From Candidatus Micrarchaeia archaeon (lineage in GTDB: Archaea > Micrarchaeota > Micrarchaeia > Burarchaeales > JAVZCV01), in the NCBI GenBank assembly GCA_038874215.1, contig JAVZCV010000005.1:1-51590 (forward strand): 51,590 nt of DNA. Direction: 5' to 3'. Numbering within the stretch: the first letter of the stretch is position 1; every line of letters starts with the position of its first letter. Positions 1 to 10,326 of the stretch are shown piece after piece. The position numbers and the translations under genes were made by a program. The notes below the pieces were generated by a model that made no database searches, was not told the DNA's origin, and was given only the letters and a program-made list of their open reading frames with translations.

Positions 1-2
1 GG

Positions 3-707
3 GGAGTGCCGTACATACACTCGCTTTTTGAAAATGCGCCAGCAGTTGCGTCTGGAGTAGTACGCGCTTTGAGAGTGAAAGGAAACGACCATACTCTCGT
101 GCTCGTTGTAGCTGGCGATGGAACCACTTATGACATAGGGTTTGGTTCGCTTTCTGGTATGCTTGAACGCAATGAAGATGTTCTATACATCTGCTACGAC
201 AACGAAGCATACATGAATACGGGCGTGCAGAGGAGTAGCGCAACACCTTTCGGCGCCTCTACAACGACATCGCAGGCTGGTAAAAAAATCCCAGGAAAGC
301 AGGAGTGGAAGAAGCCCATAGTTGAAATAGCGGCTGCACATCAAATTCCATATGCCGCAAGCGCGAGCATTGCTTTCTATGCAGATTTGCGTTCAAAGTT
401 GCACAAGGCGGTGAAAATACGGGGCGCAAGGTTCATATCAATCCACTCTTCATGCTGCATAGGCTGGGGTTTTGATAGCAACCTTGCCGTTGAGGTGTGC
501 AGGCTCGCCGTTGAAACTGGTCTCTGGAAGCTATTTGAAGTAGAAAACGGTGAATTCAGGATAACAAGGGAGCCAAGCTTCATCCCTGTTGAGGAATATT
601 TCAAGCTGCAAAGGCGCTTCAAGCACCTAACGAAGGAACAGATAGAGAAGATACAGCAACATGTTTATGAGGATTGGGCGAGGCTTGGGGTTAAGCCCAA
701 AAAATAG
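3..707 (+). CDS. porB: Pyruvate/2-oxoacid:ferredoxin oxidoreductase beta subunit (5'-truncated by window edge)
   Basis: TPP-binding GDG...YDNEAYMNTG motif, QRSSATP and FENAPAVASG motifs; the frame is open to the window start. Confidence 0.9.
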   Translation, partial: GVPYIHSLFENAPAVASGVVRALRVKGNDHTLVLVVAGDGTTYDIGFGSLSGMLERNEDVLYICYDNEAYMNTGVQRSSATPFGASTTTSQAGKKIPGKQEWKKPIVEIAAAHQIPYAASASIAFYADLRSKLHKAVKIRGARFISIHSSCCIGWGFDSNLAVEVCRLAVETGLWKLFEVENGEFRITREPSFIPVEEYFKLQRRFKHLTKEQIEKIQQHVYEDWARLGVKPKK

Positions 708-708
708 C

Positions 709-1071
709 TTACACGAAATTTGAGGCGACGCAGTATAATGCAATTAGAAGTTGTAGAGCAAGCATAAGCACAACTTCCAGAGAAACGTTTTCTATCCTGC
801 GGAGATATAGCAAGGTAATGAATAGGACTGCGAGCGACACCATCCCCCCAAATAGCATAAAACTGCTCTTCTGCGAAACTGCTTCAACACCCAGCGAAAG
901 CATTGAAATAACAACCCCAAGCAGGGAGATCGTGAGTATGTTCTGCTCCTTTATCCCTGCACAGGTTCTTCCAATAGACCTTACTCCCCTTTCTACATCC
1001 GTAACGTCTCTCTCCAACTCCTTTACGAGCGCCTTGTCAACATGCTTCTCGTGCGTTTTTTCCATGTGCAT
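709..1071 (-). CDS. Small membrane protein with N-terminal charged helix and about 3 TM segments
   Basis: 120-aa ORF abutting the upstream gene on the same strand; hydrophobic C-terminal half. Confidence 0.6.
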   Translation of the reverse strand: MHMEKTHEKHVDKALVKELERDVTDVERGVRSIGRTCAGIKEQNILTISLLGVVISMLSLGVEAVSQKSSFMLFGGMVSLAVLFITLLYLRRIENVSLEVVLMLALQLLIALYCVASNFV

Positions 1072-1072
1072 A

Positions 1073-2869
1073 TCACAATTTTGGTATTTTTAAACATTCT
1101 GCGCACAAAAGCAGAACAATTCCAAGCAAAACAAAATAAAATAAGAAGAATGCAAACTGGCGCCTCACATTGTCAAAAAATCCTTGCACTATTTTGGCGA
1201 TTGGATTATCGGGCTTGAAATAAACTTTGAAACTCGCACACTCATCACCAAGATTTGCTTTATTAAAGCCGTCAGGTGCAACCGCATTCGTTATATTGAA
1301 CTCATACCCACGATTTGCCGAGTCCAATATACTATCAAACCTGAATCTGAGAAAACTAACATTACCTTCCGGAAGAACGCAGGCTTGCCGCACAGTCCTA
1401 TTTCCATCCGAGAGAATGAGGCATGATTCGCTTACTGGATTAGCACTCTTAGCAAAAACATCAATTCCACTGATTCCATTATTTTTTGCTATGAACGCCC
1501 CGCTATTGACGCTATCGCGCAAAATGTTGGTGAGGTCCGGCATTTCACCCAACGAATAACTTAAAGGCAAGTGTAGTATGGCAAAAATAAAGAAGAAAAC
1601 ACCAAGGACTGCGATCAACCAGTTTTTATCAAGGGGCTCATTGCTACTCTTTTTTCTTGCAGATAGATACAAAACGCTGATGAAAAGGCCAACTACCAAA
1701 ATAAGCCATGCACTATTAGAAATCAAAACATACGCCAGCAATAGGCTTTCATTCATATTCGGTTGCAAGTAAGGTGAAACAGGTGAAAAAGGATAAATCC
1801 ACGAGGATAAGATCATTGCTGCATTCAAATGCAATGAATATACCGTAGCTTGGAATCCGTAAGCTATCCTATACCACCCATAGTTTATGAGGGCAATTCC
1901 AATGAAAGGAGCAATCCACACGAACCACTGAGGATGCCAAGGAACGAACATGTAAAAAAACGAAAGCGCGGCAAAGCAGTACCTCCACAAATTTTCAAAA
2001 TTGCAAGCAGAGCAAATGCCCAATACCATGAGAGATGCTATTGCGCCCAGAAAAAAAGGGGAAGTATAACTCCCATAAAAAACGCGCCCTGTAAATCTAC
2101 TGCTTAAAAATACGGTCCTAATAAAATCCAACGAATTAATGAAAGGCAGAGATGCAACAATGAGAGGTAGAAGCGCCAAAGCGCCGAGCATGATGCCCCT
2201 GCCTATATCCTTCCTTGCGAGAAATATCGCAAAAAACGGCACAAAAAACAACGGAAACATCTTAAAAGCTATACCCATACCCAACGAAAGCATAGAAAGG
2301 CAAGCACTTCTGAAACAGTTCCTCTCAAAAGAAATTTTCGCATAGTAAAGTGCAACTACAACAAAAAAAACTGGTATTATGTCAAATTGTCCCCACACAT
2401 AAGATACCCATATTGTAATCGGGCAGAAAATCCAGTACATAAAAAGCCGCCTGTCTAATCGTAGAAGTACAAGCGCCGCACCAATATCAAAAAACAGGTA
2501 CGGGATTTTTGCAAAAAACAAGAGTATGTTTGTTTCCCCTTCATACAACAGCGTTTGTGCGAATGGGCTAATTCCAAATTTAAGCCTTTCAAGACAGGCA
2601 TATTCTTTCAGTTCGGCGAATTTTACGATGCCAGCGGAGTTTAGCATATAAAAGTATGGCAGCATAACCTCGTAATACAGGGGGGGATAAGGGAATATGC
2701 TCATTAAACCAAGAGACGAAAAATATTCGTATGGGTTGATACCCCCATTACTTGCGCAACTGGTGAACATCATTATTATTAAAGGCAGATCGTCGTGGGT
2801 GAAAAATGGCATCAGAAGAAGGCGTATAAAAATCCCGACAAGCAGAAGGCGTCTGACCTCCGTGTCCAT
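1073..2869 (-). CDS. GT-C fold polyprenyl-phosphate-sugar glycosyltransferase (GT87/DUF2029-like)
   Basis: Multi-TM protein; acidic HDD after TM1, FPYPPL, KIPYLFFD, WGQFDIIP and WHPQWFVW motifs typical of GT-C mannosyltransferases. Confidence 0.75.
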   Translation of the reverse strand: MDTEVRRLLLVGIFIRLLLMPFFTHDDLPLIIMMFTSCASNGGINPYEYFSSLGLMSIFPYPPLYYEVMLPYFYMLNSAGIVKFAELKEYACLERLKFGISPFAQTLLYEGETNILLFFAKIPYLFFDIGAALVLLRLDRRLFMYWIFCPITIWVSYVWGQFDIIPVFFVVVALYYAKISFERNCFRSACLSMLSLGMGIAFKMFPLFFVPFFAIFLARKDIGRGIMLGALALLPLIVASLPFINSLDFIRTVFLSSRFTGRVFYGSYTSPFFLGAIASLMVLGICSACNFENLWRYCFAALSFFYMFVPWHPQWFVWIAPFIGIALINYGWYRIAYGFQATVYSLHLNAAMILSSWIYPFSPVSPYLQPNMNESLLLAYVLISNSAWLILVVGLFISVLYLSARKKSSNEPLDKNWLIAVLGVFFFIFAILHLPLSYSLGEMPDLTNILRDSVNSGAFIAKNNGISGIDVFAKSANPVSESCLILSDGNRTVRQACVLPEGNVSFLRFRFDSILDSANRGYEFNITNAVAPDGFNKANLGDECASFKVYFKPDNPIAKIVQGFFDNVRRQFAFFLFYFVLLGIVLLLCAECLKIPKL

Positions 2870-2890
2870 GCGCTTTTATCCCACTCCCAA

Positions 2891-2900
2891 ATTTATAAAT
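2891..2900. promoter_or_regulatory. Palindromic TATA box (ATTTATAAAT) between divergent genes
   Basis: Perfect palindrome about 22 nt from the minus-strand ATG (2869) and about 30 nt from the plus-strand ATG (2931, preceded by GAGGTG). Confidence 0.6.
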
Positions 2901-2930
2901 GCTGTTTGCGGAAGCATATGAGGTGCAAAG

Positions 2931-3488
2931 ATGGAAAAGGCGCAGTACTGGTCTGCAGACATACTAATCTCCTCATTCATTTTCATAATCATCCTCGGCG
3001 TGTTTGTGGGTATAAAGTGGAGCATAAACACAAATACGAGCGAAGATGAAGATAGGCTATTGCGCAACGCACTAAAATTCGCAGACGACATAATGCAGCC
3101 AGGAATGCCACAAGAATGGGCTACTAGGATAGATCTGGCTACCCTATGCCCAAATGGTGAAGGGACTAAAAGAGTTGAGCGCATAGGCATAACGGACGGA
3201 TGGGACACTAACACCCTAAATGAAACTAAACTACTTAAACTCATAGAAATCAATAAGACATCTTGTGGTTATAGCGTTCTCAGAACAGTTTTCAAATGCC
3301 CATACGATTTTCACATATACGCAGAGCGTGATAATAAAACGATATTAATAAATGGCGAAGAGTTCAATATCGGGCTTGCGCCGATAAGCCCACGAAGCAG
3401 CGTAAAGATAGACAGAATAGTGGTAGTAAACAGCACGGTTTCATTGCTTCATATAACAGTGTGGACAAATTCCACGTGGTTGCGTTAG
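2931..3488 (+). CDS. Prepilin-like protein with class III signal peptide
   Basis: MEKA/QYWSAD followed by a hydrophobic helix fits the archaeal class III pattern (basic residue, G/A at -1, acidic residue near +5/+6). Confidence 0.75.
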   Translation: MEKAQYWSADILISSFIFIIILGVFVGIKWSINTNTSEDEDRLLRNALKFADDIMQPGMPQEWATRIDLATLCPNGEGTKRVERIGITDGWDTNTLNETKLLKLIEINKTSCGYSVLRTVFKCPYDFHIYAERDNKTILINGEEFNIGLAPISPRSSVKIDRIVVVNSTVSLLHITVWTNSTWLR

Positions 3489-3502
3489 GAAGAGGTGCAA
3501 GC

Positions 3503-6500
3503 TTGGGACACTGGAAAAAAGGCATGACATTCAGCATAGATGCGATTTTTGCAATTTTCCTACTCATCCTCATCTCCTCAATTCTCCTTCTTCTTAACTA
3601 TTCGCCGCAGATGCAGGTAGAGGAGGACTACAATATTGCGAAGGACGCCCTAACCTCGCTTGATTCAATCCACATCTCCGATCTCGCAAAAAATCCCCAT
3701 TATCCCTACCTTTCCTCGCTTATATCATGCACGCTTGTTAATGGCACATGCCCGAACAACTGTGAGATAGGCAACCTGAATAACACCATATTGGAACAAA
3801 TCGGCGAGTTTTGGGCTACGAATAGAAGCCACTGCGCAACACAACTCATAAACGAATCTTTAGACTCAATTATACCCTCCCGCTATGGGTTTCAGATAGG
3901 CTTCAAAAACGAAAGCGGAGAATTTGATACCCTTTATACGAGAGAGAAAGAATACAAAAAAATAATGCTCGTTGACAGGCGTATTATATCAGGGCTTGAA
4001 AAGAACATGCCTGTAACGGGCTGGTCCGCACGCGCATCGCTCGGCACGATAAAAAAGTATAACACGCATTTCGTCTATTTCGGAGGCTATGAGGGAGACG
4101 GAAACATAACGAAGGTTTTTGAGCTTCCTTTTGATGCGAACATAACTGGCGCATATCTTGAAGCAGATATAAACAGCCCTTTCAAACTCTACATAAATGG
4201 AAATGATGCGGGAACTTTCTCTTCGAGCGGTTTGGGCGAACTGCATGCCAAAAAGTGGAACATCTCCGACTATGATTTCTTTAACAATGGCCCCAACACC
4301 GTCCAAATCAACTTTACAAGCGGAACAGGCTATGTCGGAGGAGGATTTCTAAGCATCACGTACAACACATCAATCATGCGGGAGGAAGGCATTATAGTCC
4401 CAGGCATCCCGAAAACGAAGAAATACCTTTTACCTGGCATAAAAGGGATAATTAACCTATACTCCTCCTTTGATTCGCCAGGCGAATTAACGGCGCTTGA
4501 ACTTTACCTTCACTACGTGAGCAATTACTCCGTCTTCTTCAACATAGGAAATATGACAGTCTACTACAATGACAGCACATCCGAAACTACGGTGAATATA
4601 ACCTCATTCCCGGATTTGAACTTCTCCCTTCTTAGCAACAGAACAGTTCCCATAAGGTTCGGCACGGAGGTGCCAACGCAGTACATCGTGAGTGGTGTTG
4701 AAAATGCAGATGTAATCATGATAACCGACTGCTCGGGAAGCATGGACTGGGACATGAATGGCACTACTTCTGGTGTTGGAAGGGCATGTGACGATCCCCT
4801 CGTGAATGATTCATCAACAAAGAGGATAAGCCTTGCAAAATGCTTGAATGAATACCTCGTTGACAGAATCCTAAGTGCTTCTGGCACGAAGCTGGGCCTC
4901 ATCTGCTTCAGCGATGATATCGTCGCAGAACATGAATTGAGCAACAACAGTGCCTCCCTAAAAGCCACGATAGCCACATACGCACCCCGTAGCGGCACGT
5001 GCATCTGCTGTGGGCTAAACAGGGCAAGGCAGATGCTGCAGGATGCGATGCTTAACAAAACAGCAATAGTGCGGAGGAGCACGGCGGTTTGGAAGGAAAC
5101 ACAGAGAACGGGCTGCGGTAATGGTTGTGATGCCTCAAACCCCTCTTGCTCTCTCCCAATTGGCTGGTATCTTCCAAATTTTGATGACTCCTCTTGGAAT
5201 ACGATTTCAACGCCCGATGACTGGTGGAGTCAAAGGCGCGTCCGCATGTATAGAACTACTTTCAACCTCCCACAAATACCAAACGCAAGCACTCTTAGGG
5301 TAAGGCACTCTAACGGGATGGTGTGCTACATAAACGGGAATCTCGTGGGAAACGATTCGTCATGCTCATTGGCTTACTATTGGAACAACGAGTGGGATAT
5401 CGGAGTTGGGAACTTTACAGTAGGCACGAACACGCTTGCATGCGCAGTGAGGACGGGTGCATCTGCAATAGGCATGTTTGATGCAGAACTTGAAGTTGTT
5501 TCACCCATCTCCGAAGAGCGGGAGCGCTTCATAATACTAATGAGTGATGGGGTTCCAAGCGATCAGTGTTCATTTTTCTCATGTGAGGGGGAGGGCATAA
5601 ATGGGTGGAACGATTGCAGCGGTGCAGACTGCAACGATTTCTCTGGCTGCTCGTGCGCAGTGCGAAACAGCAACTACAGCGCATGCAAGGCGCACAACGC
5701 AACGAACGCAACCATAATAAGCATCGGCTTCGGCCCTGTTGACACATGCACTGTAGCCAACACGACGCTAAAAAGCATTGCAGAATGCGGCAACGGAACA
5801 TACATGTATGCGAACAACTCTGAGGGCCTGTGGGATATATTCCGAAACACCACCGAACTCATACTAAACGCATCCTATAAGGAGCAGACGATTGAAGTAA
5901 AAGGCGATGCCGTGTACAACAACACGCTTTTCCCCGATTCATACATAAAAATTACCTATATTCCCTCTGAGGAAGTGCGGTATGGGGAGATAACGATATC
6001 TGCGCAAGGGCCGACGCTTGCCGACTGCACGGGTGACGATATCCAGTCCCCAAAGGAAGGCTGTTTCACGCTCTCAAACGTTACTCGTATAATAGACGCC
6101 CATGTCACATCGTATTCTGGTCCCTACTGGACTGCTGTTGTAGATGCGAAGGCGGCTAATACTTCATGGACGCCCGTTTTCAGGCTGAACGATTTCGGCA
6201 CAATTTATACACCGCTCGGCGATCCATTCAGCATTTTCATACCACCATCACTGTTTGCGTCTGGGATAGAAGACAGGGTTAGGGTTGACACAGCTACCTC
6301 CCCCACGGACTTCAGGGGCGCATCACCCGACGACCGCATAATCTACTCATACGCAGTTGCAGGCTTCGTTCCATACGGTGGCCTTTTCCCGAAAAAATCA
6401 GGATGCAACAGGACTGTATGGTATGATATAGACGGCGACGGTACGCCAGATGGAAGCGTAGAAATATACTTCGGGAACGGTACATGCACCGCAGACGATG

Positions 6501-6688
6501 CGCTTAACGATGCATTGACACGTTTGCTGAGGCAGCTGTTGCCTGTTGATAGGGGAGGCGAGCCTGGTAGCGAAACCAACCCTGTCGGCATTGAAATAAA
6601 GTCTGATATACAATTTGAGGTTTCGGAAAGCAGAAGCCTGCCGTATATGTGGGGCCCAGCAGTGATTGAGTTGAGGGTATGGAGATGA
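3503..6688 (+). CDS. Large vWA-domain surface protein/adhesin with class III signal peptide
   Basis: Likely TTG start after GAGGTG; KKG/MTFSIDAIFA class III signal; MIDAS DCSGS, GTCICCG and ILMSDG; many NxS/T sequons; Cys-rich. Confidence 0.8.
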   Translation: MGHWKKGMTFSIDAIFAIFLLILISSILLLLNYSPQMQVEEDYNIAKDALTSLDSIHISDLAKNPHYPYLSSLISCTLVNGTCPNNCEIGNLNNTILEQIGEFWATNRSHCATQLINESLDSIIPSRYGFQIGFKNESGEFDTLYTREKEYKKIMLVDRRIISGLEKNMPVTGWSARASLGTIKKYNTHFVYFGGYEGDGNITKVFELPFDANITGAYLEADINSPFKLYINGNDAGTFSSSGLGELHAKKWNISDYDFFNNGPNTVQINFTSGTGYVGGGFLSITYNTSIMREEGIIVPGIPKTKKYLLPGIKGIINLYSSFDSPGELTALELYLHYVSNYSVFFNIGNMTVYYNDSTSETTVNITSFPDLNFSLLSNRTVPIRFGTEVPTQYIVSGVENADVIMITDCSGSMDWDMNGTTSGVGRACDDPLVNDSSTKRISLAKCLNEYLVDRILSASGTKLGLICFSDDIVAEHELSNNSASLKATIATYAPRSGTCICCGLNRARQMLQDAMLNKTAIVRRSTAVWKETQRTGCGNGCDASNPSCSLPIGWYLPNFDDSSWNTISTPDDWWSQRRVRMYRTTFNLPQIPNASTLRVRHSNGMVCYINGNLVGNDSSCSLAYYWNNEWDIGVGNFTVGTNTLACAVRTGASAIGMFDAELEVVSPISEERERFIILMSDGVPSDQCSFFSCEGEGINGWNDCSGADCNDFSGCSCAVRNSNYSACKAHNATNATIISIGFGPVDTCTVANTTLKSIAECGNGTYMYANNSEGLWDIFRNTTELILNASYKEQTIEVKGDAVYNNTLFPDSYIKITYIPSEEVRYGEITISAQGPTLADCTGDDIQSPKEGCFTLSNVTRIIDAHVTSYSGPYWTAVVDAKAANTSWTPVFRLNDFGTIYTPLGDPFSIFIPPSLFASGIEDRVRVDTATSPTDFRGASPDDRIIYSYAVAGFVPYGGLFPKKSGCNRTVWYDIDGDGTPDGSVEIYFGNGTCTADDALNDALTRLLRQLLPVDRGGEPGSETNPVGIEIKSDIQFEVSESRSLPYMWGPAVIELRVWR

Positions 6689-8109
6689 ATTACATGTATA
6701 TCTCAAAAATAGGAAAAAGAAGGGGCTTTCTCTTCACGCTTCTCGTGTTCGTCATCTTCCTTTTCCTCTTCCTCAACATCAACATATGGGCAAAAATGCA
6801 GAAAGCAAAAGAGCAAAAAAGCGCCATGAAAATCCGCTCAGAAGTCCTGCACGAGTTCATTAAATCAGCGGTAAGGGACGCTAATCGGTTTGCATACATA
6901 TCTGCAACAAGGGCGATATTCTATGCCGATAACTACGTAATATTCAACAGGACATACCTTTCAAACGCGAGCAGTGCAATAGCAGAGCTCATGCTCAATG
7001 GCACGATAGATGGAAAGGATAACTTCACATACTTCACTGGCGAGAACATTACCGTAGTTTATTTAAGGGAGGGGATGGCAAACGCAACAGTGGATTACTG
7101 GCGAACAAAAATTGAGGAGAAGGGCTCAGAGTTTCTCTTTAACGTTCATGTGAATTTCACCGATTTTGTGATAAACCAAAGCGACCCGTGGAACGTTGAC
7201 GTGCACTTTACAATGTACATACGCGCAGACGATGAGCTCGGCCTTATCTCTTGGGAAAGAGAAGTTCCATTAACCGTCAGTGTTCCCATAGAGTATTATG
7301 AGGACCCAATCTTTCCGATAGGGACGAATGGGGAGATTTTCAGGAAGATACGGAGAGGCAACCTGACGCAGCTGTGGAGCCAGATAGGCGATGTGGGTCA
7401 AAACGGCGATGGTTGGGTTTATGCGCCTGCTTTTGTTATTGAAGACCCGAATGCGCGTTGCGATGATATACAGGAGATAAACAAGCAATACATATTGGTT
7501 GTGCATCAGTGCGAAACCATCACGAACCAATGCCCAGATATATTGAACAGCTTTGCGGGGATCATATGCGAGAACTCGCATGCATCCTGTGTGGGAGGCT
7601 TCAATCCCATATGCAACATAACGATACCGTTTATACAGGGAATGCGGGACGCAAGAGACACTATACCAAATGACACACATATACTCCTGAACGGGAATTA
7701 TGCCGAAGCACTCAACATAAGCCTTCTCAGGGAATATGCATCGGAGGGCTATTACGTGCATGCGAACTACGCGCCGAGTTTCTTAAAGAGGCTTGAAGGG
7801 GATTTAAGCAACGACCCGCAGGGTATAGAATCACTTGTTGGAAGCTGGGGAACAAAGCGGGCAAGCTATGTTGATTACCTTTACTTTAACGAATCAAGCG
7901 TTCAGCTTTACAAAATAAAAGGAACATTCGGTTGCGAAAATGCCGATTCATGCACGCGCGACTACGATATTGAAGGCAATCCTATCTGGCGCTTTCTTAT
8001 AGACAACGAAACTGCTCTGCTCAACATGACATGCGCATACATTCCATCAACAGAGAACTGCACGCACATAGACTTATACAATCTCGCACATATCGTCGTG
8101 CCAGTATGA
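6679..8109 (+). CDS. Class III signal-peptide surface protein (pilin-like subunit)
   Basis: KRRG/FLFTLL plus hydrophobic helix; overlaps the stop of the vWA gene; N-glycosylation sequons and Cys pairs. Confidence 0.7.
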   Translation: MEMNYMYISKIGKRRGFLFTLLVFVIFLFLFLNINIWAKMQKAKEQKSAMKIRSEVLHEFIKSAVRDANRFAYISATRAIFYADNYVIFNRTYLSNASSAIAELMLNGTIDGKDNFTYFTGENITVVYLREGMANATVDYWRTKIEEKGSEFLFNVHVNFTDFVINQSDPWNVDVHFTMYIRADDELGLISWEREVPLTVSVPIEYYEDPIFPIGTNGEIFRKIRRGNLTQLWSQIGDVGQNGDGWVYAPAFVIEDPNARCDDIQEINKQYILVVHQCETITNQCPDILNSFAGIICENSHASCVGGFNPICNITIPFIQGMRDARDTIPNDTHILLNGNYAEALNISLLREYASEGYYVHANYAPSFLKRLEGDLSNDPQGIESLVGSWGTKRASYVDYLYFNESSVQLYKIKGTFGCENADSCTRDYDIEGNPIWRFLIDNETALLNMTCAYIPSTENCTHIDLYNLAHIVVPV

Positions 8110-8117
8110 TGTTTCCT

Positions 8118-8414
8118 TTATTCGCTGCTTATCGGACCCATGAATGGAATCGGCTCATCGTCCTCGCTCTCATCACTTTCTGCCCTATCAAGCAGCGACC
8201 CGCCACTCGGGCTTTCATACCTAACGCTCTCTACCTCATCCTTCCTCTCATTTCTTATGAATGAATTAAGAGTCAGCCTTATCGCCGCCCTGCAATTCGG
8301 GCATGAGGCTTCAATCTGCAAGGAATCAATGCAAAGGCTCGTTTCTATATCCACAGTTAATTTTTCACCGCACTTGCAAACAACATCCTTACCGAGCCTG
8401 CACACTTCCTTCAT
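8118..8414 (-). CDS. Small zinc-ribbon protein with acidic tail
   Basis: CKCG and CPNC pairs; the ATG at 8414 follows GGGGGTGG (alternative start 8438). Confidence 0.55.
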   Translation of the reverse strand: MKEVCRLGKDVVCKCGEKLTVDIETSLCIDSLQIEASCPNCRAAIRLTLNSFIRNERKDEVESVRYESPSGGSLLDRAESDESEDDEPIPFMGPISSE

Positions 8415-8444
8415 CAAACCACCCCCTTTTTTGCCCATCCAACA

Positions 8445-10190
8445 CTACTCAACCGTCACCGATTTGGCAAGATTTCTTGGTTTATCGGGGTCGTTCCCCC
8501 TTAATACCGCCGTATAGTATGCAAACATCTGCAATGGGATGATATACGGAATGGGTGAAAGCGCCGTTTTTATTCGTGGCAGTTCTATAAATTCATCTAT
8601 ACCATCAAAAACATCATCTGAATCCGAGAGCACGATTACAGTTGCTCCCCGTGCCTTGCATTCCTTTATGTTATTCACCATCTTTATTTTTGTCTCATCG
8701 CTCGGAGCTATGGCTATCACAACAACATCCTTCTCAAGAAGGCTGAGAGGGCCGTGCTTCAATTCCCCAGCAGGATATGCCTCGGCATGCGCATAGCTTA
8801 TCTCCTTCAACTTAAGTGCGGCTTCAAGCGCTATCGGGTAGGAGAGGCCTCTTCCTATGAAGAAAAAGTCGTTTTTCCTGTAGTACTTCTTTGCCAGCGC
8901 CTTCATTTTTTTCTCAAGCGCCATCACTTTGCCTATATCGGAAGGTAGTTTTCTAAGCTCCTTAATGAGATAATTATGACCGCTAAGGCGGAATGCCATA
9001 TACGAGAGCGCAGCAACCTGCGCCACAAACGCTTTCGTTGATACAACTGATATTTCAGGGCCAGCATGCGTGTATGCCACAACATCTGCTTCTCTCGTAA
9101 GCGAACTTCCGAGGACATTCACAAGCGCCATAGTTTTTGCCCCCTTCCCCTTCGCCTCTCTAACAGCGAGCAGAGTGTCCGCAGTCTCACCTGATTGGCT
9201 TATTGCGAAAACGAGCGTTTTCCTATCAATAGGCACGTACGAGTGCCTATACTCCGATGCAACGAAGGCATCGCACTGCCTTTTCGCATATCTGTGCAGA
9301 AGATATCTGAATATAAGCCCTGCATGAAATGCCGTTCCACACCCAACAATATGAAGCCTCTCAAACTTTTTTATTAGCTCAACTCCTTGTTCAAATTCGC
9401 CCCCCAACGTTTCAATTATAGCCCTCGGCTGTTCGTGTATCTCCTTTATAGTAAAGTGCGGATAGCCTTCCTTCTGCGCCATCTCAGCGCTCCAGCCAAC
9501 CCTTATAATCTTTGGCTTAACCTTTTTTCCTTCTTTCTCAAGGTAAACCTCGGAGTCTGTTATATACCCGAAAAACCCATCCTCAACAACCACATATTTG
9601 TTCGTATACGGGAGGAGCGCAGGTATATCCGAAGCGCAGAACATCTCATTTTTTCCAATGCCGACCACAAGCGGGCTGTACTTCCTTCCGAAAAAAAGCT
9701 TCTCATATCCGCTGTGCATTACTACTATCGCATACGAGCCTTCAAGCATTGAGAGCGCCGAGCGCACCGCTTCTTCTACCCCTTGCTTCTCCGCCTTCTC
9801 CTCTATAAGATGCACGACTATCTCGCTGTCTGTTTCTGAGGAAAACCTATGGCCCTTTCTAACAAGCATCCGCTTCAATTCTGCATAGTTCTCTATAACG
9901 CCGTTATGCACTATTGCAATCCTGCCACTGCAATCCGTATGCGGGTGTGCGTTTGGTGTACTTGGTGGGCCGTGCGTTGCCCATCTCGTATGGCCTATTC
10001 CAATCCTGCCTGGCATTGAGCCAACATTCTTTATCCTGTCTAGCCTACCCTCACTCTTATTTATGTGCATCTCTCCATAAGCGGTTGCTATCCCAGCGGA
10101 GTCATATCCTCTGTATTCCAGCCTTTTCAGGCATTCGTATATCACAGGAGCAGCACGCCTATGCCCCACATAGCCGACAATACCGCACAT
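8445..10190 (-). CDS. glmS: Glutamine--fructose-6-phosphate transaminase (isomerizing)
   Basis: The catalytic N-terminus MCGIVG fixes the start at 10190; GHTRWATHG, SQSGETAD and C-terminal PRNLAKSVTVE. Confidence 0.97.
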   Translation of the reverse strand: MCGIVGYVGHRRAAPVIYECLKRLEYRGYDSAGIATAYGEMHINKSEGRLDRIKNVGSMPGRIGIGHTRWATHGPPSTPNAHPHTDCSGRIAIVHNGVIENYAELKRMLVRKGHRFSSETDSEIVVHLIEEKAEKQGVEEAVRSALSMLEGSYAIVVMHSGYEKLFFGRKYSPLVVGIGKNEMFCASDIPALLPYTNKYVVVEDGFFGYITDSEVYLEKEGKKVKPKIIRVGWSAEMAQKEGYPHFTIKEIHEQPRAIIETLGGEFEQGVELIKKFERLHIVGCGTAFHAGLIFRYLLHRYAKRQCDAFVASEYRHSYVPIDRKTLVFAISQSGETADTLLAVREAKGKGAKTMALVNVLGSSLTREADVVAYTHAGPEISVVSTKAFVAQVAALSYMAFRLSGHNYLIKELRKLPSDIGKVMALEKKMKALAKKYYRKNDFFFIGRGLSYPIALEAALKLKEISYAHAEAYPAGELKHGPLSLLEKDVVVIAIAPSDETKIKMVNNIKECKARGATVIVLSDSDDVFDGIDEFIELPRIKTALSPIPYIIPLQMFAYYTAVLRGNDPDKPRNLAKSVTVE

Positions 10191-10296
10191 GCGCTTACCT
10201 TCCTCTTCTTTAACAGTTTTACTAAACGTTTTTATTTGCCCTATTACTATGTGTGCCACATACTTTAATCTTATCATCGCAATCCGAATGCGCAAA

Positions 10297-10304
10297 TTTA
10301 TAAA
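10297..10304 (+). promoter_or_regulatory. TATA box (TTTATAAA), probable leaderless promoter of glycogen synthase
   Basis: About 23 nt upstream of ATG 10327, with no SD between; A-rich BRE-like sequence upstream. Confidence 0.55.
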
Positions 10305-10326
10305 GCGGAATTCGTAATCTTACCTC

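Noticed and set aside
10191-10295. 35-aa N-terminal extension of GlmS, or a glmS ribozyme in the leader
   Set aside because: GlmS needs Cys at the mature N-terminus and has an SD-like GAGGAAGGT before ATG 10190; no ribozyme core was recognisable.
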